A stretch of DNA of 37,141 bases from Stramenopiles sp. TOSAG23-2 (GCA_900128395.1 LT649331.1:1-37141); one strand, 5' to 3'. Positions 23,050-34,981 are shown, numbered from the stretch's first letter. Numbers and translations are program-made. The notes: a model not told the origin generated them from the letters alone.

Positions 23050-25050
23050 TTATTGGTTGATTGATTCTGTTTGATTTACAATTAAGGGTGAATTCATCAT
23101 ATCACCCTCATTATCATTGTTAGTGGTAGTAGAACTAATGCCATTTACTTCATCTACAATCGTACCATATGTGTTTTCTGGATCACGATTTAATTTATCT
23201 GCATTTGTAACTTTTGAATGTTGTGTCAATGTAAATAACGTTAAATTTCGTAATTTTGAATCAGGTGGTGCATCTGTCATATATGAAACAACAAGTGCAA
23301 TTGTAGCGGTTGGAATTGCAAGAAAAGTAGCAACTACCCAGGCATTCATTCGTGCGTAATATAAAAACCCATTGCAAATGTTTGGCAATTCAGCACCTGA
23401 ATTTATACCAACACATGTAATTTCACCTGCTAATGTATATAATATTAAGAATATAGAGCAAGTGAAACCTACTTTAACACCTCTAGTATTCACTCGTTTG
23501 TTCAACATGCCTATAAGAAACACTGCACTTATTGGTCCCATAAATAATCCACTTGCAATGTTTGAAAAATTTACAATATCAATTTTTACATATGTAGATA
23601 AAACGGCTAAACATGTTATGATAATACCAAATACAAAAGTAATTATCCTTGATTTGTAAACAATTTCCTCTGGTGTTGCAACTACCATAAACACATTTTG
23701 AACGATATCCACGTAAAAACATGCAGCTACTGCATTTAAACCACCGGACAAGACGGATAAGGTACAGCCCAATACTGCTGCGATTACAATTCCTAAAAAT
23801 CCTGAAGGCGAATCTTCCATTAAAAAATAAGGCATGATATTATTCGCAGTGCTTTGGCCTGCAAGTGGCTTCTTATTATGCGAACGATAATATGCATGCA
23901 TGTATAAGCCCATGAAGACAAATACCGAAGACATAATTCCGTTTAGCCAGCCAGATATTATAATACTTTTTTTTGCACTATGAACATCTTTCGTTGACAT
24001 CAATCTTTGTATTGCTATTTGATCCGTCCCACTTTGACCAACTGTATTGAAAAGAATACCAATCATAAAATACCAAAAATTATCCCCACCCCAAGTTTGA
24101 ATCGACAGATATTCCTTTAATTCAAACTTTAAATCTTCTTGTTGTAAACCATCTTTTGAACCAGCCATTGCTAATATAAGCGTCAAGATAGCACCACCAA
24201 TAAGTGCAAGCGATTGCATGAAGTCAGTCACAATTACCGTTTTCATACCACCTTTCATTGTGAAAAAAGTAGCAAACAAACCACAAATTAACGCCGTAAT
24301 CCATCCTTCTACACCAGTAGTTGCCTTAAATAAAATAGCTGGCGCTTGAATGACAACTGTCATGTATGCAATGATGCGGAAGCAAAATAGACATGCAACC
24401 ACAGTCCGAACTGTACGATCAAAACGCCTTTCCAAATATGTATATGGTGTACTAAGTCTCAATTTTGAATAAAAAGGTATAATTAAATATGCAATTATAT
24501 AAGAAGCAATTACTTGTCCTGAAAAAATAGGAAGTACTACACCAAATCCATTTTCATATCCATACGCAGGCACTCCTAAAAACGATACGCCACTTGTTAA
24601 ACCAGACAAAAGTGAAATTGCAACTATTAATTTGTTTGCCCCTCTACCAGCTAGAAAATAATTATCGGCAGCATCAGTTTTTACTGAAGAAAGAGATTTC
24701 TTATTATTATTATTATTATTATTAGATGTCGAAGTTGGAGGATCAATATCAATTCTATCAGACAGCACGACGTCTCTCTTATTGTTATTATTATTGCCAT
24801 CTTTTGTTAATAATGAAGTTGAAGATGATGCATCATCGTCTTCATCATCACTACCTTTTGTTAATTTTTTGTTGCTATTGCGTTTGTCGTTGGCATCATT
24901 GTCATTACTATCACTAAAAGCAGAACGATAACTAATATAAAATGTAAGTGCTAAATATGACAAACATAATATATAATCCAATGTATTAAATCCTTTACCA
25001 AGAACATTTGAAGATGCTGATGGAGTAGGTGCTGTCTCCTCCATATTCAT
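23050..25050 (-). CDS. Sodium:solute symporter (SSS/SLC5 family)
   Basis: NYFLAGR, SGVSFLGVPAYGY, YTYLERRF, GGMKTVIVTDFMQ, DQIAIQRLMS, LSGGLNAVAA; many TM helices; substrate not assignable. Confidence 0.93.
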   Translation of the reverse strand: MNMEETAPTPSASSNVLGKGFNTLDYILCLSYLALTFYISYRSAFSDSNDNDANDKRNSNKKLTKGSDDEDDDASSSTSLLTKDGNNNNNKRDVVLSDRIDIDPPTSTSNNNNNNNKKSLSSVKTDAADNYFLAGRGANKLIVAISLLSGLTSGVSFLGVPAYGYENGFGVVLPIFSGQVIASYIIAYLIIPFYSKLRLSTPYTYLERRFDRTVRTVVACLFCFRIIAYMTVVIQAPAILFKATTGVEGWITALICGLFATFFTMKGGMKTVIVTDFMQSLALIGGAILTLILAMAGSKDGLQQEDLKFELKEYLSIQTWGGDNFWYFMIGILFNTVGQSGTDQIAIQRLMSTKDVHSAKKSIIISGWLNGIMSSVFVFMGLYMHAYYRSHNKKPLAGQSTANNIMPYFLMEDSPSGFLGIVIAAVLGCTLSVLSGGLNAVAACFYVDIVQNVFMVVATPEEIVYKSRIITFVFGIIITCLAVLSTYVKIDIVNFSNIASGLFMGPISAVFLIGMLNKRVNTRGVKVGFTCSIFLILYTLAGEITCVGINSGAELPNICNGFLYYARMNAWVVATFLAIPTATIALVVSYMTDAPPDSKLRNLTLFTLTQHSKVTNADKLNRDPENTYGTIVDEVNGISSTTTNNDNEGDMMNSPLIVNQTESINQ

Positions 25051-25710
25051 AATGATGATTTATATATATATATATATATTTATTACAGGTATATTTGTTA
25101 TGCTTGATTGATTGATCTATACAATATCTCTTGGAAAAAAGAACTAATTGATTAATACTTCAAGAATAATAATAAAAAAATAAATGCCGGAAGAAGGAAT
25201 TAATTCAATTAAGGAAGAAAGTATTAAAAGAAGAATGATGCACTCTAAAATCTACCAACAACAACAGACCTGCTGTGTGTGGCAGAGGAGTATCAATTAA
25301 TAGATCTACCATAACCAGTGATACTGTGATACTAATATGCTGGTATGCTTGGTAATAATTCCAGTAGTATACCAGTACCAGTCTACCTCGGAGAATTATA
25401 CACTACGATTGCGATTGGCACATGCATTTTTTCCTCTCTGATTTTTTACTTAAAAACCATGTGCATATTATCTTTATACTTTTTTTACGTATGCCAGTAT
25501 GCCAGTACCTGGTATGGTGTAATCTGGTATTATTAATAGTAACAGGGAGAATAATAATAATAATACATCATAAATACATATATATAAATTTAGACCATTA
25601 AAATATTATATACTAAATATTAATACGTAACTATATATAGTCTATCATAAGTAAAACAAGTGTAGAAAACAGAAAATAGTTAAAGATATATAGATTTTTA
25701 CAACATAACG

Positions 25711-27648
25711 ATGTCATCGACTAGAAATAAAAGAAAGGCAACGTCGTCGCCGACAAATGGTGCTGGAAATCAACACCAACGGCATAATAATAACAATAAC
25801 AATAATAATACTAGAAATGATAGTAGAAGTAATATGAATCAAGATGTAAATAATAATAATACTACTTCTTCTTTTTCTTCCTCCTCTACTACATCTTCTT
25901 ATCATAATAGTAATGATAATAACAAGAAGACAAAGAATGATAATAACAGCAGCAGTAGTGGTGCGACAAACAATAGCAACGTTCGAAGTGGTTGGTTAAA
26001 TGGATGGTCGCAAAGAAATGTTGATAATGCTAATGGACGTATGCCACCATCATCATCATTAACAAATACTACTGGTATGACTACAAATGCATCATCTACT
26101 ACTAGCACTACAATACTAGATAGTAATAATAATAATAATAATAATAGCAATAATACAGCGACGGATAGTAGTTTAACAGCCCATTTTATTAGGCCTGGTA
26201 CAAGGACGCAGCGTAGATCTAATATAACTACACAAAGATCCACTGCCAGTAATAGCATGAACATTAACAATAACAACAATAATATTATGAACAACAATCA
26301 TGGTGGTTCTTTAAGTATATCATCTCCAACAACAACAGCAGCAGTAGCTATTACAACACGATCAAAAAAATCATTAAAAAAGGGTCCAATACAACCTGCT
26401 GACTACAATTACAACGATAGCCATGAGTTACGCACGGAAACTGTTACGGATACGCACCATGTACATAAAGTATGGACAATTAAAAATTGGAGTGGGATCC
26501 CTCAAAATGAAGGTTACATATTGTATGATCAAGAATTTAGTTTTGTAAATCATCGATGGCGTTTACGTTTATATCCTGGTGGTGTAACAGAACAAGTAAA
26601 AGGGTATATGTCCTTTTACTTAGATTGCCGAGATGCAACGGATGAACATCCAGCGCATGAACGCCATACCTTTCGTGTGGTAAATCAATTAAATCCAAGT
26701 AAACATTGGGAACAACACTCATTGCCATATAAAGAACATCGTGATCCAGATGGTTGGGGTTGGGGTAAATTTTTAAGCCATGAATATTTAAAAGAAGAAT
26801 CGCAAGGTTATCGTATTAACGATACAATTATTTTTGAATTAGAATTATATGTGTATGGAGAGAAAAAAAACATTGTGACAAGGGAATTAGGTCGCAGGGA
26901 AGTGCCAAAGACACTAGTCGTAGATGTACCAAGTTCAACGTTAAGTGTGGATATGAATCGTTTGTTTAATGATGAAAAATTTTCGGATATAATGTTTTCA
27001 GTCGGTGATATAGAATTCCCAGCACATAAATGTATCTTATCCGTTCGATCGCCAATGTTATATGCCATGTTTAGTACTAGTGGAATGAGAGAGACACGCG
27101 CGGAAAAGGTGGTTGTGGAAGATATTGAAGCAGATATTTTTAGGGAAATATTGCGATTCATCTATACCGGTGAATGTAGTTTAGATGTATTAGACAATAT
27201 GCCGATACAATTACTTGCAGCTGCTGATAAATATCAAATAATACGTTTAAAATGTATGTGTGAAAATCGTTTATTTGAACGAATGACTGTTACGGATTGT
27301 GCTGATGTATTGGTAGCAGCAGATATGCATAATGCCGATGCATTGTATCAACGTTGTTTGTCATTTATGACAGAATCGGCGGAAAAAGTGAAGGAAGTAA
27401 TGGAAACAGAAGCATTTAAATATTTAACAGAAACACGTCCAAAACTAATGATCGCAATTATGCATGCTATGTCAGAGGAAGATATTGTCATGACCCCATC
27501 AAAAAAACGTTTATTAAATTTAGAACAACAACATTTAAATAAATTAAACCAACAATCATCATCATCACTTTCTAACAATGATAATCAGAATGGTAGTGCT
27601 GGTGGTGTGAATAATATTGGTGGTAATAAACGACAACGGATTCGATAA
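25711..27648 (+). CDS. MATH-BTB (SPOP/BPM-like) Cullin-3 adaptor with a long Asn/Ser/Thr-rich N-terminus
   Basis: MATH: WTIKNWS, WRLRLYPGG, WGWGKFL. BTB: FSDIMFSVG, FPAHKCILSVRSP, LRFIYTG, LLAAADKYQ. Basic NLS-like termini. Confidence 0.93.
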   Translation: MSSTRNKRKATSSPTNGAGNQHQRHNNNNNNNNTRNDSRSNMNQDVNNNNTTSSFSSSSTTSSYHNSNDNNKKTKNDNNSSSSGATNNSNVRSGWLNGWSQRNVDNANGRMPPSSSLTNTTGMTTNASSTTSTTILDSNNNNNNNSNNTATDSSLTAHFIRPGTRTQRRSNITTQRSTASNSMNINNNNNNIMNNNHGGSLSISSPTTTAAVAITTRSKKSLKKGPIQPADYNYNDSHELRTETVTDTHHVHKVWTIKNWSGIPQNEGYILYDQEFSFVNHRWRLRLYPGGVTEQVKGYMSFYLDCRDATDEHPAHERHTFRVVNQLNPSKHWEQHSLPYKEHRDPDGWGWGKFLSHEYLKEESQGYRINDTIIFELELYVYGEKKNIVTRELGRREVPKTLVVDVPSSTLSVDMNRLFNDEKFSDIMFSVGDIEFPAHKCILSVRSPMLYAMFSTSGMRETRAEKVVVEDIEADIFREILRFIYTGECSLDVLDNMPIQLLAAADKYQIIRLKCMCENRLFERMTVTDCADVLVAADMHNADALYQRCLSFMTESAEKVKEVMETEAFKYLTETRPKLMIAIMHAMSEEDIVMTPSKKRLLNLEQQHLNKLNQQSSSSLSNNDNQNGSAGGVNNIGGNKRQRIR

Positions 27649-28226
27649 AAATTCAGAGATAGATTCACACACAGAGAGGAGAGACAGAGAGAGAGAGCAT
27701 ATGTAAAAAATTAAAAAAATATATAAAAATATTAACACACATACCTTTCTTTCAATTTTATAAAGTTTTTTCTATACTCTCTCGCTTATTTTAGCCAGCC
27801 GCCTTAAAATAAGGCCAACGAGCCGGATTAAGGGTCCTGTTGCCCTCAGCTAAAATTTTTTACGTGAGCCATGACTAGAATACTACAGTAACATTAAAAC
27901 ACAGTTAATGCAGAGAGAAGGTTAATGCGCCATCAGGCCATCAGGTTATTAGCTAAAATTAAGGTGAGCATGCCCATCACGAGCGTTACATTTTGACTAA
28001 TAGAAATATACAATAGATAAATAGATAGATTTATAGATTATTCCATGTACAAGAGGGGATTATTTTTAACACTATTATTACTAACTTAATATTCAAATAA
28101 ATATTGTCAATTCGATACAAGATTTTCACAATACGCGTGTGCCTTGTCTTTAATTCAATTTTATATAAATAAAGCTTCTGCTTTTGTTTTTTTGTTTTTT
28201 TTTTTCTTTTTCATTTTGAAGAAGGT

Positions 28227-30336
28227 ATGAAATCTAAAATTAAAACGAGTAAAAATCGTATTAAAACAAGTAAAGGAATAGGAACTAATATGGCATATGA
28301 ATTATCCAAAGCAAGTGAAGAATACGATGAAAAAAGTCCAAATAATAATAAAAATGTGTCTAGTTTCTTACATATGATTCAATCCAATGATAAAGTCTTA
28401 CAGCATAAAAAAAATGATTTAGTCGATTTGCAGAAAAAAAATCAAAACTTAAAACAAGCACTTAAAACAATTCCAGCAGCTAGTAGTAATAATAACAACA
28501 ATGTAGCTTTTCCTGAAACCAAAGTTGATGGCATGAATGACAAAAGCGACGGTAGGAAAGTTGGACAACGGAAAACGATGCGCTCCCCATCTACTGCAAC
28601 GCCTGCTGATTTAATTGGACGTTTACAAGATCAAGGTGATATGTTTGCACGTAAAATTGAAGTTGAAAAACGTAAAATTGATGATTTGCAAAGTAAAATT
28701 AGTACACTACTAGCTAAATCAGCCGATCAACGAAAGAAAATGGGTGGCATTAATGCTGCTAGAGAAAATCAAATGGCTGTGAATAAGCGTTTAAAAGTTT
28801 TGGAAAATCGTCTGGATCAGGCTATGATTAAATATAACGAATCTTTGAGTAAGAATAAACATTTACGTGAGGAGATTAATGAAAGTCGTCGGCAACGTTT
28901 AGTTTACGATAGCGTGTATAAAAAATTGGAAGAGGAACTGGCAACTAAAAAACATCGCATGGCGAAGATTATTGCAGAATCGAATCGTGCGTATGAGGTT
29001 AGAGACAAATTATTGTTACAATTAAATGACTTGAAAGAAAAAGTCGATGAGGAGCAAACAATGTTTGAAACTGAATGGGCTAAATTAGGTAACGCTATTA
29101 GTGTAGAAACAGGTGGTCGAGATGCTCGAAAACGAGAATTGGAACGAAGAGATGCGGAGGAAGAACAAGAAAAATTACGAAAAAAAGCAGTTGGGGAAGA
29201 GCAACGGTTAAAAAGTAAAGTTTTATCTGGCGCATGGAAAATCGCGAAAGAAAAGGCTCATTTAGCATTGAGGTAAGTTGTTATACATTCATATCATTCT
29301 TTAATATGTTACTAGCTAGATGAATATAAATATATATATATATGTGTGTATATTATAGCACATGCATACATAGTCTTCTACTACCATTTTATATTATATG
29401 TTGCTCGTACATTGCTAACTCTTTGTATTCTATATACGTATATATAATGTATATATATATTGTTAATTTTGTATATTTTTTACATTTAACAGTCAAGAGC
29501 GTATTACTGCATATGAAGATGCGTTTGCAAAAATTCTTGCTACAACGGGTATATCTGATATTAATGTATTGGTTGATAAATTTATAGCCGCAGAGGAAAA
29601 AAATTTTAGTATGTTTAATTATGTAAATCATTTAAATGAAGAAATTGAAAAATTGGATATTTCAATTGCAGAAGTGAAAGGTGAAATTGATAAATACCGT
29701 GGTCAAGATAATGAAAGTGATAATCAACGTAAAAAAATACTCCGTGAATTGGAAGGCCGTCTTGCAAGGACAGAGAACAGAGTCAAAGATTATGATAATC
29801 GTCATAGAGATGCTGTTGAAGTATTGACGGAGATTAAAGAAGAGGTATTAAATGTATATGAAGCTATTGGTTGTAAAAGCATATCGAACTTAGCGACTAT
29901 TAATGGTCCAAATGGTATTACAGACTCGAATTTAATGCAATATTTAGGTGTTATAGAACAACGTACGAATGAAATATTACAAATGTATTATGCCACTGTA
30001 CAAAATCAGCAAGGCAGTATTAATAGTCTTCCTGGTAAAGATGAAAATAGCGGTCAAAAATTGAGCGATCCATTAGGAATGCAAACAAGACCTGGTGTCA
30101 GCGAAGTTTTACCAATGGGAGAAGGACCTACTGTGCCTAGTGGTACTGTGGAATTAAAAATCGATCCTCCCCGTTTTGAAGATCATGGGCCATTGCCAGA
30201 TGAACAAATGGACGATGAAAGGCCATTGACTCGTGCAGAATTAATGAAAGTTGCTGGTAAATATGCTAAAAAAGCTCAAGAGAAAAATGCAAAATTGAAA
30301 GGTTTAGAGTTAGGATTAGAACATTTTGAAGCATAA
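28227..30336 (+). CDS. ODAD1: Outer dynein arm docking complex subunit DC2 (ODA1/CCDC114/CCDC63 family); exons 28227-29272 and 29493-30336, ~629 aa
   Basis: MGGINAAREN, LENRLDQAMIKYNE, NKHLREEI, YEDAFAKI..TTGI, FIAAEEKNFSMFNYVN, NLMQYLGVIEQRTNEILQ; splices in frame. Confidence 0.88.
29273..29492 (+). other. Spliceosomal intron (220 nt)
   Basis: GTAAGT donor, TGCTAAC near 29412, CAG acceptor; phase 2 join gives ...LAL-SQERITAYEDAF. Confidence 0.9.
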
Positions 30337-30960
30337 ACAAAAAAATTTAACAACACGTCACATATGTGTTGTACGTGAAAAATACTTTTTGCCATATTCA
30401 ATTTATTATATAATATTACGTATATAAAATGTACTCGTATTAAAATTATTATATCATATGCATGTATTAATATTATAAAAAATATTTATGTTTTATTGCT
30501 GAAATACGCCCCACCAGTATAAATATATTTTGGATGAAAATAGAGAGGTGTGTGGTAGCCTATGTGAATTATATAAATTAAAATTCATACTTACGGTGTT
30601 GTCAGTCATTATTGTACAGTAGAGCTACGCGTTTTCGTCCATCATTTTAGTGATATTATACTCATAGTGGCCGTACGTGACCAAAGCGATCCAAAAAATG
30701 ATTGCCAGGATTGCTGATGTAACAGCTGTTCTAAATAAAAATAACCAATATTTAACTTTTATAACTCACTCTATTACCATTGAATATCATTGGCTTTTTA
30801 ATAAAAATCTGTGATGTACACATTAGACACATATATGATATATATAGTATCTGTATTAATGTATTACTACATGTTAGATAGATTTAAATGAATGTAAAAA
30901 CATTAAAGTCTAATATTGTTCGTGTTTAGAATTATTACATATGCTATTGCAAATAATAAT

Positions 30961-32835
30961 ATGGGAGCACTTAAACCGTTTTTAAATATACTGCAAGTGC
31001 CATCTGAGCACCAAGATTTGCTTGTAAATATTGTAGAAGTCTTCAATAGGTCGTTCACTGGGGACGCATTGGACAATTTAGATGTTGCAATTTCAAAATC
31101 GATGAAGAAAGGGTTATTCCCAAATTATCCAGATGGATTATTCGTGTGTTTTGGTGCTTCATTGATTGGTGAATTGGATAAGTTTGGAAGCGGTATGGAA
31201 CACTTGATCCAGCAGTCAACAACGCCTTTTCAATATTTGCAAGGCTTTGTACCGATGTTAGTCTCATTGCAACGAAGGGATGGCACTACTAATATGACAG
31301 ACTTCAATCGCGTTGTGTCTCGTCTTTGCGATGCTGCAACTTTAGACCATAGCGGTCGATTATTGATTCGCGGAAAATTTATGCTTGCTGCTAATAAAAG
31401 AAGCTTCAAAGCAAGAGCACAAAATAATGCTTTGTCTGCTTTCGTTGGGAATTTGAAAGGAAATGGTAGTAACGAAAACAATGGTGAAGCAGATGACGGC
31501 AATCCCTCATCAGAACAGTTTCCGGCTAGACGTGCATCTGCAACTTCAGAGGAAATAGCTAATTTACTTTATGCCATTATTGTATCTGACATACCAAAGC
31601 TGTTGCAGTCAATCGACATACTTGGGGTAGATCCAACGCTTGCATCTGGACTATTAGCTTTTATTAACAAAAATTTAAATGATCAAATACCACGAGAATA
31701 TTCTGGTAATGATTTGGGTTTAAATAAATTGGCAGAAGATTTGTGTGCAAGCGATTCCAGTTGTCCACCGCAAGAAAATATGAAACATATGATCAAAATC
31801 TTAGCTGATGGATTTGGTGGAATAGGGGGCGGAAGCGACGGATTAAGCAATTCTATCCAAGCTGTGTCCAAAAATTATTTGGAAGCTGGAGATCCAGTTA
31901 TGCTAAACGCAATTTATTTCGCCTCGGTTGATTCTCCATCGCATATGTCTAAAATTTTTAAATCTACGAGTACAATGATGAAGCTAGTTTTAAATGAATA
32001 TCCAGAGTCCATGTACACGTTGGTGAGTGGTTTAATCAATTTATGTGCACCAACTGATTCTGCTGAAAGTCAAGACAAAGCAATGGCTCAATCCTTTAGA
32101 GATTTGAGTCGTTCGTATAAAGTGCGAGAGCAAATAGTGAAGGCAATGTATGGATTGTGTCGTGGTAAAATGGAATTGGTGCGACCACTTGGTCAAGAGT
32201 ATGGGGAGTTCGAAACTCACAAGACAGAGAATTTTTTCAAGTTAGTAATGCGATTAGCGCCTATAATGCACATTAACGAAAAGGATGAAGATGAACAAAA
32301 TAATGGAGATGAGACAACGTTGGAAGAGGATATTTCACCAGATGTTGTTTTTGCACGTGTAGATAAACATGGCACAGGATATATTACATTGGATGAATTT
32401 GCAGAGGCAATGAAAATGTATCAAATGAAATTGAACAAAATTGGATTAATGAAACTATTTTTATCTGGGGATGAAGAAGGTGAAGGTCTATTAACGCCTG
32501 AAAAGTTTGGAGACATTATATCTTCTTTTGAGGAGAAAATGGTCTTAAATATTATGGATTCTTTAGGCAAAGGTATGTCCACCTTGATCAACGCCGTGCT
32601 GGTGGCAATATCATTCATTTTGTTATTATTTGGCTTTTTATTTGTAGGGTTGAGTACTTTTAGTAGACCAGGTGCATTTGGTGCGGCGACTAGCAGTAGT
32701 TTATTCTTAGGAATTGGAAATTCGATGGGGGAAGATGATGAAGATGATGAAGAAGAAGATGATGACGATGAAGATGGTGGTAGCGATGAATTAGTAGAAG
32801 CATTGACTGAGAATATGGAAATTGTAGAAGAATAA
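30961..32835 (+). CDS. EF-hand pair membrane protein with a C-terminal hydrophobic segment and acidic tail; 5' end uncertain
   Basis: EF-hand VFARVDKHGTGYITLDEF plus degenerate GDEEGEGLLTPEKF; TM AVLVAISFILLLFGFLFVGL. The frame is open from about 30916 with a possible acceptor TTTAG at 30929; first ATG at 30961. Confidence 0.72.
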   Translation: MGALKPFLNILQVPSEHQDLLVNIVEVFNRSFTGDALDNLDVAISKSMKKGLFPNYPDGLFVCFGASLIGELDKFGSGMEHLIQQSTTPFQYLQGFVPMLVSLQRRDGTTNMTDFNRVVSRLCDAATLDHSGRLLIRGKFMLAANKRSFKARAQNNALSAFVGNLKGNGSNENNGEADDGNPSSEQFPARRASATSEEIANLLYAIIVSDIPKLLQSIDILGVDPTLASGLLAFINKNLNDQIPREYSGNDLGLNKLAEDLCASDSSCPPQENMKHMIKILADGFGGIGGGSDGLSNSIQAVSKNYLEAGDPVMLNAIYFASVDSPSHMSKIFKSTSTMMKLVLNEYPESMYTLVSGLINLCAPTDSAESQDKAMAQSFRDLSRSYKVREQIVKAMYGLCRGKMELVRPLGQEYGEFETHKTENFFKLVMRLAPIMHINEKDEDEQNNGDETTLEEDISPDVVFARVDKHGTGYITLDEFAEAMKMYQMKLNKIGLMKLFLSGDEEGEGLLTPEKFGDIISSFEEKMVLNIMDSLGKGMSTLINAVLVAISFILLLFGFLFVGLSTFSRPGAFGAATSSSLFLGIGNSMGEDDEDDEEEDDDDEDGGSDELVEALTENMEIVEE

Positions 32836-33043
32836 ACAAAAGAAAAGAGTGTTTTAAAAAATTTTAAAAATATTGTACCCCACATATTGTACACATTTAA
32901 TAATATATTATACCGGTGGTATATTTTAATAGTGTACATCATTATATCATATATATATTTTATATTTCAATTTTTTTAAATTATATACTTCGTATTATTC
33001 GCGCGTAGTTTTTACGCGTAATTTAAATTTTTTTAATAAAAAT

Positions 33044-33064
33044 ACTCATGATAATTCCTACTCT
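33044..33064 (-). repeat. 21-bp partial copy of the dispersed repeat, forming an inverted pair with 33231-33251
   Basis: actcatgataattcctactct versus agagtaggaattatcataagt (1 mismatch). Confidence 0.8.
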
Positions 33065-33169
33065 TATATAGTATTTTATAATTAATGCTCCACCAATGTT
33101 TTTATATCTTAAAAAATATTGGCACACTCTGTGGATTTCAATGAACTCTATCGCAATGTTACGATTCAT

Positions 33170-33265
33170 TGTCCATCTTTCAGTTTAGTGAGATCAGATA
33201 TTATTGTCTCACTTATTGTATTCTTTCTGGAGAGTAGGAATTATCATAAGTAAATTAAAAAATAA
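33170..33265 (+). repeat. Dispersed ~95-bp repeat, copy 2
   Basis: Reverse-complement homology to 17720-17819; ends in an A-rich tract. Confidence 0.8.
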
Positions 33266-33513
33266 GTCTCGTTCAGATGTTCGCGTAGCCATATATTTTA
33301 ATTATTTTCTCGTACGTATTTCTACTCAGTGAAACCAAGCCAAAATTAATATTTCATATTCACACATGTATATATTATATTATATACTCGTATAATATAT
33401 ATATGCGAGAAACTGTATATAACATTTAAGTTATACAATTACCGCGATTGTATAAGATTGTGTCAATATTTGTTTTACGAACGTACAAACTAAGTACGTA
33501 TTTTTTTTTTAAA

Positions 33514-34981
33514 TTATTTATCCATCACTGTGTAAAGATCTGCGCCACTATCTTTGCCTCTTATTTTTTTCCATATTTCTCTACGCATTTCAGTAATTGA
33601 TGCTTCTGCTAGCAATTCTTTTGATGGCTGGTACATTGGTTTATGTTGCAAAGCTCTCCGTCGCTTTTCTTCTTTAGCTCTTGTTGCTTGGCGGCTTAAA
33701 CTTCTTGAGCTAGGTTGTGGAACAATTTGTGAAACAGAACGAGATGCTCTTACCATGACATCATGATCTCCAAAACTAAATGAAGGAGCTGTTGATATAT
33801 GTCCTTTATTATCAAATTTAGGAAGGTATGCCGGTCCAGGGCCATTATCGCCACTAATACTTTCATACAAAGAACCATAGCTTCTACGTGGACACATTGT
33901 TGGATTTACAGGAGTTTTTTCCACTTGTGAATAATTAGGTTGGTAGACAGGACCAGGCTGTTGAGTGTAGCATTAAAAAAAAAGGAGAACGATTTGTTAG
34001 AGAGAAGGGTTTTAATAAGTTTACGGGGATGTAGAATGTACTTACTCCAATACTTTCTTTATTTTTTGGCAAACGTGAAGATGTAGAAAATTTCATTGTT
34101 TTACCATAAGTTATAGGCACACCTGGTAACCGGTATCTTGCATCAGCACGTGTGTTGTATCTTGGGCCTGGGGATGACCAGCGATCAGTCCCTTCATGAG
34201 TAGCTGCACAATCGATCATATCGTTTCTCTGTGCTAATGGATGCGTTCTTGGTCCAGATGTCCCAAAGGGTGCATATTTTCTTGATGCTTTTTTTACTTG
34301 TTTTGGGGAAAAATTTGAGGGTGCACTGTTTGACTGGCGTAGCTTTGAATGATTATTATGACGTTTTGAGTGACTATTGGCTGTATTAGCGCGTCTTGAT
34401 GTGGTTTTTTTTCCCAATTGACTTCGCTGAGTCTTAGACCTACCAAATAAAGATCCACCTTTAATTTTTGTCTTGCCAACTAGACCAGAATTATTGGAGT
34501 ACGCCTGAGGTCCAGGTGTAGTTATTGACATCACTTTTGGGTCATATGTGCAACGTCCACGATGATGTATGGTCATATCACCACCACCAGATTTAAAATA
34601 TCTTGGTGTCGTTATTGCTTTGTCAGCAGTTTGGTTTCTTCTCTTCCTTCTCCTCCGTTGCCGTTGGCGTCTTTCTGTTAAACTAGTGGTACTTGCTCGT
34701 TGCAATATGTGACTATTATTGTTCCTACTACTACTGGTTTTTTTCTTTCGCTGAATTCCTACAAGTGATAAAGCTGCATCTTGCTCCCTGCGAAAAACTT
34801 CTGGCCGCTTTAAACTTAACATTCTATTCAAATTATCATTACTTTCTTTAGACGTCAATATTTTCAATTGACTATATTCTGACCGATATTCCGGTGTATA
34901 ATTTGTCAATCGTTTTGCTAGTGCCAATCTATATTGCTTTGCTAAATCATTGGTTAAAGTGCTATAGTATTTTTCTGACAT
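33514..34981 (-). CDS. SHIPPO/PGP-repeat (ODF3/STPG-like) axonemal protein; exons 34981-34046 and 33957-33514, ~459 aa
   Basis: Repeats TPGPQAY, SPGPRY, GPGPVY (created by splicing), GPGPAY and APSFSFG; 88-nt GTAAGT...CTAAC...CAG intron joins two ORFs in frame. Confidence 0.8.
33958..34045 (-). other. Spliceosomal intron (88 nt)
   Basis: GTAAGT donor at 34045, CTAAC branch point, CAG acceptor at 33958. Confidence 0.88.

Noticed and set aside
30586-30600. ATACTTAC as a U1 snRNA 5' end
   Set aside because: The match stops after 8 nt; no U1 stems or Sm site recognised
3424-32942. Many 60-170 aa antisense or overlapping ORFs in the track
   Set aside because: Shadows of real genes or low-complexity AT-rich sequence
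33139-33171. SECIS-like ATGA...AA...GA hairpin
   Set aside because: Spacing is too short for helix II and no adjacent gene has an in-frame TGA
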